A stretch of DNA of 64,000 nucleotides from Halobacteriales archaeon QS_5_68_33 (GTDB lineage Archaea; Halobacteriota; Halobacteria; Halobacteriales; Haloarculaceae): NCBI GenBank assembly GCA_003023785.1, contig PXRS01000077.1:57033-121032 (forward strand), in the 5' to 3' direction. Shown here in pieces: positions 1 through 9,170 of this stretch (position 1 is the stretch's first letter; each line of letters begins with the position of its first letter). The notes beneath the pieces are model-generated. The model was given only the letters and a program-made list of their open reading frames with translations. It was not told where the DNA came from and searched no databases. The translations under genes and the position numbers were made by a program.

Positions 1-51
1 ACCTGCGACAGCTGTCGCTACCACTGGGAGTTCAAACACTCCTACGATTGA
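1..51 (+). CDS. 3' end of a small CxxC protein (partial, runs off the window edge)
   Basis: Frame 1 reads TCDSCRYHWEFKHSYD* with TGA at 49-51; the CxxC suggests a haloarchaeal micro zinc finger. Confidence 0.55.
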   Translation, partial: TCDSCRYHWEFKHSYD

Positions 52-157
52 TAGTGTTTATCACGAGCAGTTACCGGCCTTCTGCTGGACAACCGGCTGA
101 CGAGATGTCTCCCGGCCGGTCCGGCGAGGATCGGAGAAGAACTCGTGGGAAACAGTA
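52..157. mobile_element. MITE-like element, variant D (106 bp)
   Basis: Imperfect 16-bp TIR TAGTGTTTATCACGAG / CTCGTGGGAAACAGTA (13/16), flanked by TGA (49-51) and TGA (158-160). Confidence 0.7.
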
Positions 158-160
158 TGA

Positions 161-238
161 TACGGTCGGTTGTGGATCAGTTCCGGATTTCGTCGAACCG
201 GTCGGCGAAATACCGGTACATCGGTACAACCGACCGTA
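161..238. mobile_element. MITE-like element, variant A (78 bp)
   Basis: TIR TACGGTCGGTTGT / ACAACCGACCGTA, flanked by TGA...TGA; related copies at 33423, 42856, 46360, 57053 and 62332. Confidence 0.85.
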
Positions 239-292
239 TGAGAGGGGGCCACGACCATAGACTATTGTCGCTCGCGGGCGAGACGGACGACG

Positions 293-466
293 ATGGTCGA
301 GATGATACGGACCGTGCTGGCGGCGCTCGCGGTCGTCCTCTTCGCGACGGCGCTGGCGGCGATGACGGCCCAGCGGCTGCGAGTGGCCGGGTTCTGCTTT
401 CTGAGCGCCAGCCTCGTCATCTACGTGCGCGAGACGCGGACCGCGGACGGGCCGGCCGGCGACTGA
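293..466 (+). CDS. small membrane protein (57 aa)
   Basis: MVEMIRTVLAALAVVLFATALAAMTAQRLRVAGFCFLSASLVIYVRETRTADGPAGD*; two hydrophobic segments; below the ORF-track cutoff. Confidence 0.6.
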   Translation: MVEMIRTVLAALAVVLFATALAAMTAQRLRVAGFCFLSASLVIYVRETRTADGPAGD

Positions 467-493
467 CCGGCGAGGACACCCCGACGTGACGGG

Positions 494-813
494 CTAGTCG
501 TCGACGGTCATCCGGGTCGTTACCACCGGGATCGGCGACGTACGGACCACCTTGTCGGAGGCCCCGCCCAGCACCGCGCCGAACTTTCCCTTGTAGGCAC
601 TTCCCATGACGATGGCGTCCAGTACTCGCGGTAGTCTTCCCGCAGTTGCTCCTCGTCGTCCCTGACGTACACCGTCCGGGGCGCGCCCGGCAGGTCGATG
701 ACGTACAGCGCGTGGACGGACGCGCCCAGCGACGCCGCGAGGTCGATGCCGTGCTCGGCGGCCCGCTGTGATTCGTCGTTCCCGTCGTAGGGGATCAGAA
801 TAGCGTCGTACAT
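494..813 (-). pseudogene. universal stress protein with internal deletion and frameshift
   Basis: N-terminal half MYDAILIPYDGNDESQRAAEHGIDLA...REY; C-terminal half LDAIVMGSAYKGKFGAVLGGASDKVVRTSPIPVV lies in another frame, switching near 620-625; the middle of the domain is missing. Confidence 0.75.
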
Positions 814-984
814 TGCCTCTACCCTCACCGCCGATTCTCCTGTCGGATTCAAATAACTTTGGTGCGAGCGACCGTTCGCCTGTACGGTCGGAAAAACGGA
901 TTCAGATCCCGTACTGAACCTCGGCAACGGTCGGCTCCCGAACCAATAATTACTACCTGGAGTATGTGATGTGGTCGGGAGCGG

Positions 985-2274
985 TTACCCCGGTCGGTCG
1001 GCGTCTTCCGGGGCCGGTGTGTCGGCGTCAGTGCCGAAGACGGCGGCGTCCTCGTCGAGGACCGACCGGCCGAGCAGCTGGCCGCCGATGATCGTGGGGC
1101 TGATGACCCGGTCGGCGCCGACGCCCTCGAGTTTCTCGACGTGTTTCCGGTCGGTGGCGGCGGCGACGACCCGGACGTCGGGGTTCTCCTGGCGGGCCGC
1201 CAGCACCGCGAGCACGTCGCGGGCGTCGTCCGCCGTGGCGACGACGACGCCCTCGGCGGTGTCGATGCGGGCGTCACGGAGCGACTCGGCGTCGGTCGGG
1301 TCGGCCGTCAGGACGTTCAGCTCGCGCTCGCGTAGCGACGACACGGCGTCGGTGTCCTCGGTGACGACGACGAGGTCCGTCTCGCCGTCGAGTTCGTCCA
1401 GAAGCGGTGCGGTGATGTCGCCGTGGCCCAGGACCAGGACGTGGTCCTCGAGCAGTGAGAGTTCGGATGCGCTCATGTTGCCGAATGCGCTCGATATCCG
1501 CGATTCGAGCGCCGGGATCAGAAGCGATCCCGACGCGACCGTGAACGAGATCGTCCCGAGCACGATGACGGACAGCGCGAACAGTTTGGTGACGTCCGTC
1601 GTCGGCGTCACGTCGCCGTAACCGACGGTCGTCCCGGTGACGACGATGTAGTAGAAGGCGTCGGTCAGCGAGTTGACGCCCGTGAACGCCCCGCGCATGG
1701 CGTAGGCGCCGACCGTCCCGTAGAGCTGAACGCCGAGGAAGGCCGCCAGCGCCGCCGCCTGGAACGCCGAGAGGTCGACCGCCTGGTCGAACCGGCCGCG
1801 GTTCCGGACGACGTGTGGCAGCGCCACCAGCGCCGCGAGCAGGAGGAGCAGGTCCGTCGCGTCGGCCGTCAAAAGCGGCAACAGCGCCACCAGCGAAAGC
1901 GCCACCAGCGTCCCGTACCACGCTATCTTCAGGCGGCGCCGCAGCCCCAGGGCGAGGGGCCCGAGCAGGAACGCAAAGAAGACGGCGTAGAGGCGCATGA
2001 GACCCCCCGCACCCGGGACCAGTCCGGCCAGGGGCCCGTCCAGCGCCACCGCCCCGCCGCTCAGGTCCGACAGCCCCGTCACGAAGGCGACGACGGCCAC
2101 CGCCCCGACGAGCAACACGCTCGTCTTCGCGCCCGAGAAGGACGACCAGTCGACCAGCCTGACCCGCTCGCCGTATTCGAACAGCTCCTCGAGGGCGGCG
2201 TCTCTCCCCTGTTCGCGCGTGTCACTGCCCACCCCAACGGGTAGCACGCTCCCGGATAAAAACGTGTGTTGCAC
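985..2274 (-). CDS. potassium channel with TrkA-N/RCK domain
   Basis: Selectivity filter TTVGYGD, C-terminal RCK domain HVLVLGHG; true start may be a GTG about 40 nt into the ORF. Confidence 0.88.
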   Translation of the reverse strand: MQHTFLSGSVLPVGVGSDTREQGRDAALEELFEYGERVRLVDWSSFSGAKTSVLLVGAVAVVAFVTGLSDLSGGAVALDGPLAGLVPGAGGLMRLYAVFFAFLLGPLALGLRRRLKIAWYGTLVALSLVALLPLLTADATDLLLLLAALVALPHVVRNRGRFDQAVDLSAFQAAALAAFLGVQLYGTVGAYAMRGAFTGVNSLTDAFYYIVVTGTTVGYGDVTPTTDVTKLFALSVIVLGTISFTVASGSLLIPALESRISSAFGNMSASELSLLEDHVLVLGHGDITAPLLDELDGETDLVVVTEDTDAVSSLRERELNVLTADPTDAESLRDARIDTAEGVVVATADDARDVLAVLAARQENPDVRVVAAATDRKHVEKLEGVGADRVISPTIIGGQLLGRSVLDEDAAVFGTDADTPAPEDADRPG

Positions 2275-2350
2275 CCGCCGAACTCGATCGCAGCCGTCCC
2301 GGTTCTGACTGTCGAACTCAACAGACCACTCTTCTGATACGACGGTACGG

Positions 2351-2731
2351 GTGAACTACCCCGACCTACCGCGCTTGGGCCTACTCGGCCCTCGTTTGTT
2401 GCGGTCGGGGCTTCCTGGTTCTGTGTCGGAGCTTGCATCCGACGTGGACACAGCGGCTCCAGACTCCGCAGGCGGCTTCCCTTCACAGGCGGTTCGGAGT
2501 GTCCCACTCCTACCGGGTCGACACTCGGCTACAACCGGCGGCGCACGCTTCTTGTCGCGTTTGAACACTGCCGGAGGCGTGGCGAGCATCTTCTTACCCG
2601 CTTCGACCGCAGGGGTAGTAAACGTGGCGGAGAGTCTGTTTGCGAACTGTGCGGGCGCTGTATCCCCTCCCTGCTCCGCTCTCTCAGGTCGCTCCGTGGC
2701 GGAAGGGGGATTAGCGCCCTCATCGCAGAAG
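2351..2731 (-). mobile_element. non-autonomous IS200/IS605 (IS1341-type) derivative carrying the tnpB 3'/omega-RNA region
   Basis: Left-end hairpin GGCGCT..ATCCCCT/AGGGGGAT..AGCGCC (2654-2718), right-end hairpin CCCCGACC/GGTCGGGG (2359-2410), minus strand ends ...GGGGTAGTTCAC; remnant VGVGHSE...GSP typical of haloarchaeal TnpB C-termini; no intact ORF. Confidence 0.72.
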
Positions 2732-2760
2732 CTAAGACCGGCCCCCCGGAAGCGTGTGGT

Positions 2761-4659
2761 ATGGCGACACACGGGGACAGCCCCGCCGAGCGGTTCCTCC
2801 GGAAGGCCTTGGTGCCCGTGTGCGTGCTCTCGGGGGCGCTCGTCGTCTCGGGGTTTTTCTTCCCGTGGTTCGTCGGGGGCGTGGTGTCGGGCGAGGGGTG
2901 GCTCGTCCTCGCGCTCCTGTTTTTCGGCACTGGACTGGCCTACCTCGCGCTGTTGCCGGTGCAGGCGCCCGAATCGGACGAGACGGTCGGCCGGGGGCGG
3001 ACGGTCAGGTACCTGCTGCGGATCCGCCACGGCCACTTCCGGCGGGCCATCGAACCCTTCTTCGAGCGCCAGGACGCGGTGACCTTCGGCGTGCCCGTCG
3101 CCGTGCTCGCGCTCTTCTTTCTCGTTCGCCTCCTCGCGCCCGGCGCGACCACCGGAGCCATCGGCGCCGCGGAGGCGTTCGTGCTGGGGGACATGGGGTG
3201 GCTGTTTCTGGGCGCGGTCCTGCTCGCGGTGCTCTACTGCGTCTTTCTCCTCGCGGGACCGTGGGGGGACGTCCGCCTCGGCGGCCCCGACGCCGAACCG
3301 ACCTACACGTATCCGACGTACTTCGCCCTCTTTTTCGCGGCGGGCATCGCCGCCGGCATCGTCTTCTGGGGTCCCGCCGAGGCGCTCTTTCACTACGGGT
3401 CCCCGCCGCCGTACTTCGGGACGGCGCCCGGGTCGAGCGCGGCGGCCGTCAACGCGCTCGCCTACGCTTTCTTTCACTGGGGGGTTTCGGCGTGGAGCCC
3501 CTACCTCGTGGTCGGGCTGCCCGTCGCGTATTTCGTCTACGACCGCGGCGCGCCGCTGCGGGTGTCGACGCTCTTGACCCCCTTCCTGGGCGTCGACGGC
3601 CTGGACTCTCTCCCCGCGAAACTGGTCGACGTCCTCGCCATCTTCGCGACCATCGGCGGCGTCGGCACCTCCGTCGCCTTCGTCAGCCAGCAGTTCCTCG
3701 CCGGCATCGACTACCAGTGGGGCGTCACCTACGGCGTCCTCGGGCCGGTCGTCCTCGTGGGGGGGCTGACCGCCATCTATGTCGTCACCGCGGGGTCGGG
3801 CGTCCACCGCGGGATCCGCCGGGTCGCCGGCGTGACCGTCGGCCTCTTCGCCCTCTTCGGCCTCCTCCTGCTGGCGCTCGGCCCGCGCTCGACGGTGTTC
3901 GCCTACGGCGGCCGGGCGCTCGGGCGCTACGCCGCGAACTTCCTCCCGATGAGCCTCTATCTCGGCGGGGAGTGGGTCGCCGACTGGACGGTCTGGAACT
4001 GGTCGTGGTGGTTCTCGTGGGCGCCGTTCGCCGGGCTCTTCCTCGCGGCCCTCTCGAAGGGCCGGACCGTCCGGACCGTCGTTGCGACGGCCGTCGGCGC
4101 CACCTCCCTGGCGACGATGGCCTGGTTCCTGGTGATGGGCGGGACGACCCTGGCGCTCCAGCACGGCGGTGCCGCGGACGTCCTCGGCGCCGTCGAGGCC
4201 TACGGCGGGTCCGAGGCCGTCGCCGGCTTCCCCGTCTTCGCCGCCCTCCCCATGAGCCAGCTGCTCATGTTCCTCTTTCTGGCGCTCATCGTCGTCTTCA
4301 TCACCACTTCGGCGGCCGTCTCGACGCTCGTCGTCGCCGTCCTCGCGACGAAACGGGCGTTCGCGCCGACGACCGGCGACGTCGTCTTCTGGGGCGTCCT
4401 CCAGGGTGCGGTCGCCACCGCGGTGCTGGCGCTGGGCGGCGGTCAGTCCCTCCAGGACGTGGCCGTTCTCACCGGCGGCCCGTTCGCGCTCGTCTCCGTC
4501 CTCGCCCTCGCGGGCCTGACCTGGACGCTCCGCCGCGACGAGGCCGATCGCGACCGGGTTCGTCGGTCGCTCCCCGGCAAGGCCAGGGCCGCCCTCGCCG
4601 CCCGCGACGTCACGCTCCTCCCGGAACGGCCCGACCTCGACGACGAGAAACGCGAGTGA
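2761..4659 (+). CDS. BCCT family (betaine/choline/carnitine) transporter
   Basis: Motifs FAAGIAAGIVFWGPAE, FFHWG, WTVWNWSWWFSWAPFAGLFLA; multiple TM segments. Confidence 0.92.
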   Translation: MATHGDSPAERFLRKALVPVCVLSGALVVSGFFFPWFVGGVVSGEGWLVLALLFFGTGLAYLALLPVQAPESDETVGRGRTVRYLLRIRHGHFRRAIEPFFERQDAVTFGVPVAVLALFFLVRLLAPGATTGAIGAAEAFVLGDMGWLFLGAVLLAVLYCVFLLAGPWGDVRLGGPDAEPTYTYPTYFALFFAAGIAAGIVFWGPAEALFHYGSPPPYFGTAPGSSAAAVNALAYAFFHWGVSAWSPYLVVGLPVAYFVYDRGAPLRVSTLLTPFLGVDGLDSLPAKLVDVLAIFATIGGVGTSVAFVSQQFLAGIDYQWGVTYGVLGPVVLVGGLTAIYVVTAGSGVHRGIRRVAGVTVGLFALFGLLLLALGPRSTVFAYGGRALGRYAANFLPMSLYLGGEWVADWTVWNWSWWFSWAPFAGLFLAALSKGRTVRTVVATAVGATSLATMAWFLVMGGTTLALQHGGAADVLGAVEAYGGSEAVAGFPVFAALPMSQLLMFLFLALIVVFITTSAAVSTLVVAVLATKRAFAPTTGDVVFWGVLQGAVATAVLALGGGQSLQDVAVLTGGPFALVSVLALAGLTWTLRRDEADRDRVRRSLPGKARAALAARDVTLLPERPDLDDEKRE

Positions 4660-4679
4660 CGGCGACGGCCGGGCCGTCA

Positions 4680-4692
4680 TACGGTCGGTTGT
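4680..4692. repeat. solo TIR of MITE variant A
   Basis: TCA followed by TACGGTCGGTTGT; no partner TIR seen. Confidence 0.6.
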
Positions 4693-4780
4693 CGGAACCT
4701 CGACCCGTAATCGTCCCGAGAGGAGTTGTCCCGGTGGGGTTCGACGGCAGATATTAGGGAGCGTCGGGCGAGGGGAAGGT

Positions 4781-5161
4781 ATGAAACGGACTGTCAGCAC
4801 CGACGAAGCGCCCGCCGCCGTCGGGGCGTACAGCCAGGCGACGACCACCGGCGACCTGCTGTTCACCGCCGGGCAACTCCCCCTCACTGTCGAGGGCGAA
4901 CTCCTCGACGACGAACCCGTCGCCGTCCAGGCCCGCCAGTGTCTCGAAAACGTCGAGACCATTCTCGCATCCGAGGGCCTGGAGATGAGCGACGTGCTGA
5001 AGGTGACGGTCTTCCTCGACGACGTGGACGACTTCGCCGAGATGAACGACACCTACGCCGGGTTCTTCGAGGAGGACCCCCCGGCGAGAAGCGCTGTGGA
5101 GGTGGGCGCCGTCCCGAAAGGCGCCGCCGTCGAGATCGAGGCCATCGCCGCTGTGGAATGA
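4781..5161 (+). CDS. ridA: RidA/YjgF family imine deaminase
   Basis: APAAVGAYSQA, GQLP, PARSAVEV..P...VEIEAIA. Confidence 0.92.
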   Translation: MKRTVSTDEAPAAVGAYSQATTTGDLLFTAGQLPLTVEGELLDDEPVAVQARQCLENVETILASEGLEMSDVLKVTVFLDDVDDFAEMNDTYAGFFEEDPPARSAVEVGAVPKGAAVEIEAIAAVE

Positions 5162-5549
5162 GGACGACGACCACCACGCCCGGGCGACGGCACTGTTCAA
5201 CGCGATCCAGGCCGGCGACCTCCCATACCGGCCGCTGTACACCACGGGTTACGTCCTCGCCGAGCTCGTCACCCTCGGGCTTGCGCGAGCGAACCACACG
5301 CTCGCTGCGACTGCCCTGCGACGAATCCGCGCCTCACCGTCGGTAACGGTGCTTCATCCTGACGAACCGATGTTCGCGGCCGTCTGTAACGAGTTCTACC
5401 GATACGACGACCAGGATATTTCACTCGTCGATCACGCGACCAGTGTGCTCGCCGACGAGCGCGATGTCGAACACGTCTTTACCTTCGATCCGGACGACTT
5501 TCGCACGCTCGGGTTCACCGTGGTCCCCGACGACACCGGCGAGGCGTGA
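5157..5549 (+). pseudogene. 5'-truncated PIN-domain (VapC-like) toxin
   Basis: Open frame NEDDDHHARA...YVLAELVT...DISLVDHATSVLA...VFTFDPDDF; lacks a start and the N-terminal VDT motif; begins at the ridA stop. Confidence 0.7.
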
Positions 5550-5591
5550 CGCACGATGCTCGTCATTGCCGAGCCGATGGAACACCTCGTA

Positions 5592-7310
5592 TCAGAACAG
5601 TCCGTGAACGGTGCCGTCGTCGTCGACGTCCATGTTCGCGGCGGCGGGCTCGGCGGGGAGGCCGGGCAGGGTAAGCACGTCGCCGGTGAGCGCGACGAGA
5701 AAGCCCGCGCCGGCCGAGGGATAGACCTCCTTGACTTCCAGCGTCCAGTCCTCGGGCGCGCCTTTCAGTTCGGGGTCGTCCGACAGCGAGTGGAAGGTCT
5801 TGGACATGCAGACGGGCACGTCGTCGAAGCCCAACTCCTCCATGCGCTCGATGTCGTCCTCGGCGTCGCCGTGATACTTGACGCCATCCGCGCCGTATAT
5901 CTCGGTCGCGACCGTCCCGATCTTCTCCTGGATGGAGTCGTCGAGGTCGTACAGCGGTTCGAACGTCGAGTCGGCCGCGGCGGCGGCTTCCAGTTTCTCG
6001 GCGAGGTCGATTCCGCCCTCGCCGCCGTCGCTGAAGACGTTGGACTCCGCGGCCTCGACGCCCAGGTCCGCCTCGCAGTGTTCGATGACCGCGGCGACCT
6101 CGGCGTCGGTGTCCCCGGGGAAGCGGTTGACCGCCACGACGACCGGGACGCCGAACTTCCGGAGGTTGCTGACGTGCCTGTCGAGGTTCTCGAACCCCCG
6201 CCTGACGGCGTCGACGTTCTCCGCGTCGAGTTCGTCCAGGTCGGCCGGCCACATGTCGTAGCCGTGGTATTTCAGCGCGCGGACGGAGGCGACGAGCGTG
6301 ACCGCGTCCGGTTCCATGTCGCCGAACCGGCAGACGATGTTCATGAACTTCTCCGCGCCGAGGTCGGACCCGAACCCGGCTTCGGTGACGACGGTGTCGG
6401 CGAGGCGCGAGGCGACGTCGTCGGCCATCAGCGAGTTGGTGCCGTGGGCGATGTTCGCGAAGGGGCCGCCGTGGACGAACGCGGGCGTCCCCTCGATGGT
6501 CTGGACGACGTTGGGTTTCAGCGCGTCCTTCAGGAGGATGGAGACGGCGCCGGTGGCATCGATGTCCTCGACGGTGACGGGGTCGCCGTCCTCGTCGTAG
6601 GCGACGATGATCCGGGCGACCCGCTCTTTGAGGTCGGCGATGGAGTCGGCCAGACAGAGCACGGCCATCAGTTCGGAGGCGGCGGTGAGGATGAACCCGT
6701 CCTCGCGGGGGACGCCGGTGACGTCCCCGCCCAGACCGACCGTCGTCTCCCGGAGGACGCGGTCGTTCATGTCGATGGCGCGGGGCCAGTTGACCCAGTT
6801 GACCGCGACGTCGAGGTCGTTGCCCTGCTTGATGTGGTTGTCCAGCATCGTCGAGATGAGGTTGTGCGCCGAGGTCAGCGCGTGCAGGTCGCCCGTGAAG
6901 TGGAGGTTGATGTCCTCCATGGGGAGGACCTGCGAGTAGCCGCCGCCGGCGGCGCCGCCCTTGACCCCGAAGACGGGCCCCAGCGACGGTTCGCGGATGG
7001 CGACGAGGGCGTCGGTCCCGATCCGGTTGAACGCCTGGCCCAGCCCGACCGTCGTCACCGTCTTGCCCTCGCCCATCGGCGTCGGTGTCATCCCCGTCAC
7101 GAGCACGAGGTTCGCCGTCGCCTCGCGCTCGTTCCTGATCCGCTCGATCGCCGGGAGTTTCACCTTCGCCTTGTGCTCGCCGAACAGGTCGAGGTCGCCC
7201 CGCTCCAGCCCGTAGGGCGCCACCACGTCCGCGACGTGGGATTTCTCGACTGACTGTGCGATCTCGTAGTCGGTGGGAACGGACTCCTCGCTCTCCTCCA
7301 GTGAGGACAT
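5592..7310 (-). CDS. fhs: formate--tetrahydrofolate ligase
   Basis: TPTPMGEGKT, GVKGGAAGGGYSQV, HGGPFANIAHG, TEAGFGSDLGAEKF. Confidence 0.97.
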   Translation of the reverse strand: MSSLEESEESVPTDYEIAQSVEKSHVADVVAPYGLERGDLDLFGEHKAKVKLPAIERIRNEREATANLVLVTGMTPTPMGEGKTVTTVGLGQAFNRIGTDALVAIREPSLGPVFGVKGGAAGGGYSQVLPMEDINLHFTGDLHALTSAHNLISTMLDNHIKQGNDLDVAVNWVNWPRAIDMNDRVLRETTVGLGGDVTGVPREDGFILTAASELMAVLCLADSIADLKERVARIIVAYDEDGDPVTVEDIDATGAVSILLKDALKPNVVQTIEGTPAFVHGGPFANIAHGTNSLMADDVASRLADTVVTEAGFGSDLGAEKFMNIVCRFGDMEPDAVTLVASVRALKYHGYDMWPADLDELDAENVDAVRRGFENLDRHVSNLRKFGVPVVVAVNRFPGDTDAEVAAVIEHCEADLGVEAAESNVFSDGGEGGIDLAEKLEAAAAADSTFEPLYDLDDSIQEKIGTVATEIYGADGVKYHGDAEDDIERMEELGFDDVPVCMSKTFHSLSDDPELKGAPEDWTLEVKEVYPSAGAGFLVALTGDVLTLPGLPAEPAAANMDVDDDGTVHGLF

Positions 7311-7542
7311 ACGCGGTGATTTTCCCGTCCCACTCATCAATGTTAGCGTACCTATAGATACCCGAATACGACGTGTTTGAACGCGGAACCCGGCCGGTCC
7401 GCGACCCGGAAAAAAGGGTGCGACCGGAGGGTTTCACGGACTGTCAGCGCCAGCCTGTCGGCGCCGCCCATCGTGATCCGCCGGTGACACGCTGTGCTTC
7501 GACTGATGGGCCGGCGGCGTCGACGGAGCGGGACCGCCCGGC

Positions 7543-9039
7543 TCATACGGTCGAGCGGTCCGCGACGTAGGCCCTGAGGTCGCGTTCGACCCCGGGGTCC
7601 ATCGGCGGCCGCTCGTAGCTCTCGAGGAGCGCGTCGACGCGGTCGCGTCCGAGTCCGAACGCCGAGGGTCGGTCGGCGGCCCAGTCGTCGTGGGCGCGCT
7701 TGTCGAGGACTGCGGACCGATGGAACGACGCCGATGCCTCGTCCTCTTCGAGGAAGTGGCCGGCCGGGTCGGCGTCGGCGATGCGGTCGAGCGCGAGCGT
7801 CCCCTCGTCGACGGTCACGCCCTGGCGAAACCGGGCGAGCGAGCGGAGCAACTCGCAGTCGAGGACGAACTTCTCGGGAGAGACGGCGGCGTAGGATTCG
7901 AGGACGCCCGCGGCGTTCAGGGCGAGGTCGACGCCGCCGAACGCGGTGACCGCGCCGAGCAGCCCCGATTCGAGGCCGCCCTGGTAGTCGACGGTCTTGG
8001 CGTCCGAGAGCGCCCCGCCCGCCCGGCAGGGCAGGCCGTAGTGGCGCGCCAACTGGCCGGCGAGCGCGACGAACAGCGCCGACTCCGGGCCGCCGATGGA
8101 GAGCGAGCCGTAGCGGTCGTCGATGGTCGCAGAGGGGACGCCGTAGACCACCGGGGTCCCGGGGTTGACGAGCTGGGCCAGCGCGACGAACGCGAGCGTC
8201 TCGGCGTTGGCCTGGACCAGCGACGCCGCGAGCGTCGGCGGCCCCGAGGCCCCTGCCATGGTGAACGACGAGACGACCAGCGGCTGGCCGTGGTCGGCGT
8301 AAGTCAGCAGGCCGCCGAGCATCGCCCCGTCGATGCTGCGGGGTGGCGTCGTGTTGACCAGTCCCGCGACGACCGGGTCGGAGCGCTCGCCCGCCTCGAA
8401 CGCGACGTCGGCCCGGTCGGCGAACGCGATCTCGACCATGTCCATGCAGGCCTGCGCGCGCTCTCCCCCGCGGGTCGGACCCATGACCGGCTTGTCAGTC
8501 AGGGTCAGCGACCGTTCCAGCATCGCGAGGTGCCTGTCGGCGCGCGGGACGTCCGTCGGCTCACAGAGGCTGTACCCCGCACACGTGATCACCTCCTCGG
8601 CGTGGGCGAGTTTCACGAGGCGCTCGTAGTCCGCGAGGCGGGCGTCCCGTCGTTCGTAGTTCGCCGCGCCAGCGGATCCGGCGACGTGGCGGTCCTGGTC
8701 TCCGCTCCCGCCGTCGAACGTGTGGACCGTCGAGGGGCCGTAGGCGGGCGCGCGGACTGGCGGGCCGTCACCGACGGTGACGTCTTTCTCCGGGTCGCGG
8801 GCGTGGAGCGTGAACGCGTCCGGCGCCCGGTCGACGGCGTCGGTGAGGAGCCCCCGCGGGAGCGTCGCGACGCCGTCGTCGTCGACGCGTCCTCCGGCGT
8901 CCTCGACGACCGCCCGGGCGCGCTCGTGGGTCAACTGGATCCCCACCTCCGCTATCACGTGCATCGACGCCTCGTGGACGGCCTCGACGCTCGCCGCGTC
9001 GAGTCTGTCCAGGCCGGGCGTCGCGTCGGAACTGTCCAC
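7543..9039 (-). CDS. trimethylamine methyltransferase family (MttB), non-pyrrolysine; probably glycine betaine:corrinoid methyltransferase
   Basis: APxxFTLHARDP, MAGASGP, AQLVNPGTPVVYG, SDAK, EKFVLD; Leu at the position equivalent to Pyl; substrate inferred from context. Confidence 0.85.
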   Translation of the reverse strand: MDSSDATPGLDRLDAASVEAVHEASMHVIAEVGIQLTHERARAVVEDAGGRVDDDGVATLPRGLLTDAVDRAPDAFTLHARDPEKDVTVGDGPPVRAPAYGPSTVHTFDGGSGDQDRHVAGSAGAANYERRDARLADYERLVKLAHAEEVITCAGYSLCEPTDVPRADRHLAMLERSLTLTDKPVMGPTRGGERAQACMDMVEIAFADRADVAFEAGERSDPVVAGLVNTTPPRSIDGAMLGGLLTYADHGQPLVVSSFTMAGASGPPTLAASLVQANAETLAFVALAQLVNPGTPVVYGVPSATIDDRYGSLSIGGPESALFVALAGQLARHYGLPCRAGGALSDAKTVDYQGGLESGLLGAVTAFGGVDLALNAAGVLESYAAVSPEKFVLDCELLRSLARFRQGVTVDEGTLALDRIADADPAGHFLEEDEASASFHRSAVLDKRAHDDWAADRPSAFGLGRDRVDALLESYERPPMDPGVERDLRAYVADRSTV

Positions 9040-9170
9040 TGGCCGCCCGTTTTCGAGAGCGCCACAAAAGGATTTGCGCGCCGACCACGAGCGGTCAGAC
9101 GGGCGTCACGTCGTGGTTCATCTCGATCGTGTGACAGGATTTTGCGGGGGTCGCAACCCACGGTCGTGGC

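Noticed and set aside
2351..3082. 243-aa ORF across the IS-derived element
   Set aside because: Composition is atypical for the genome and it overlaps the BCCT gene out of frame
2356..5052. Long antisense and off-frame ORFs (e.g. 898 aa here, 1138 aa at 8955-12371, 1130 aa at 26180-29572)
   Set aside because: Shadow ORFs of real genes in high-GC DNA; Arg/Gly/Pro-rich and without motifs
7543..7553. TCATACGGTCG at the mttB stop as a MITE end
   Set aside because: Only 8 nt match the TIR and they lie inside coding sequence; chance cannot be excluded
7543..9039. Pyrrolysine recoding in the MttB gene
   Set aside because: No in-frame TAG; Leu occupies the equivalent position
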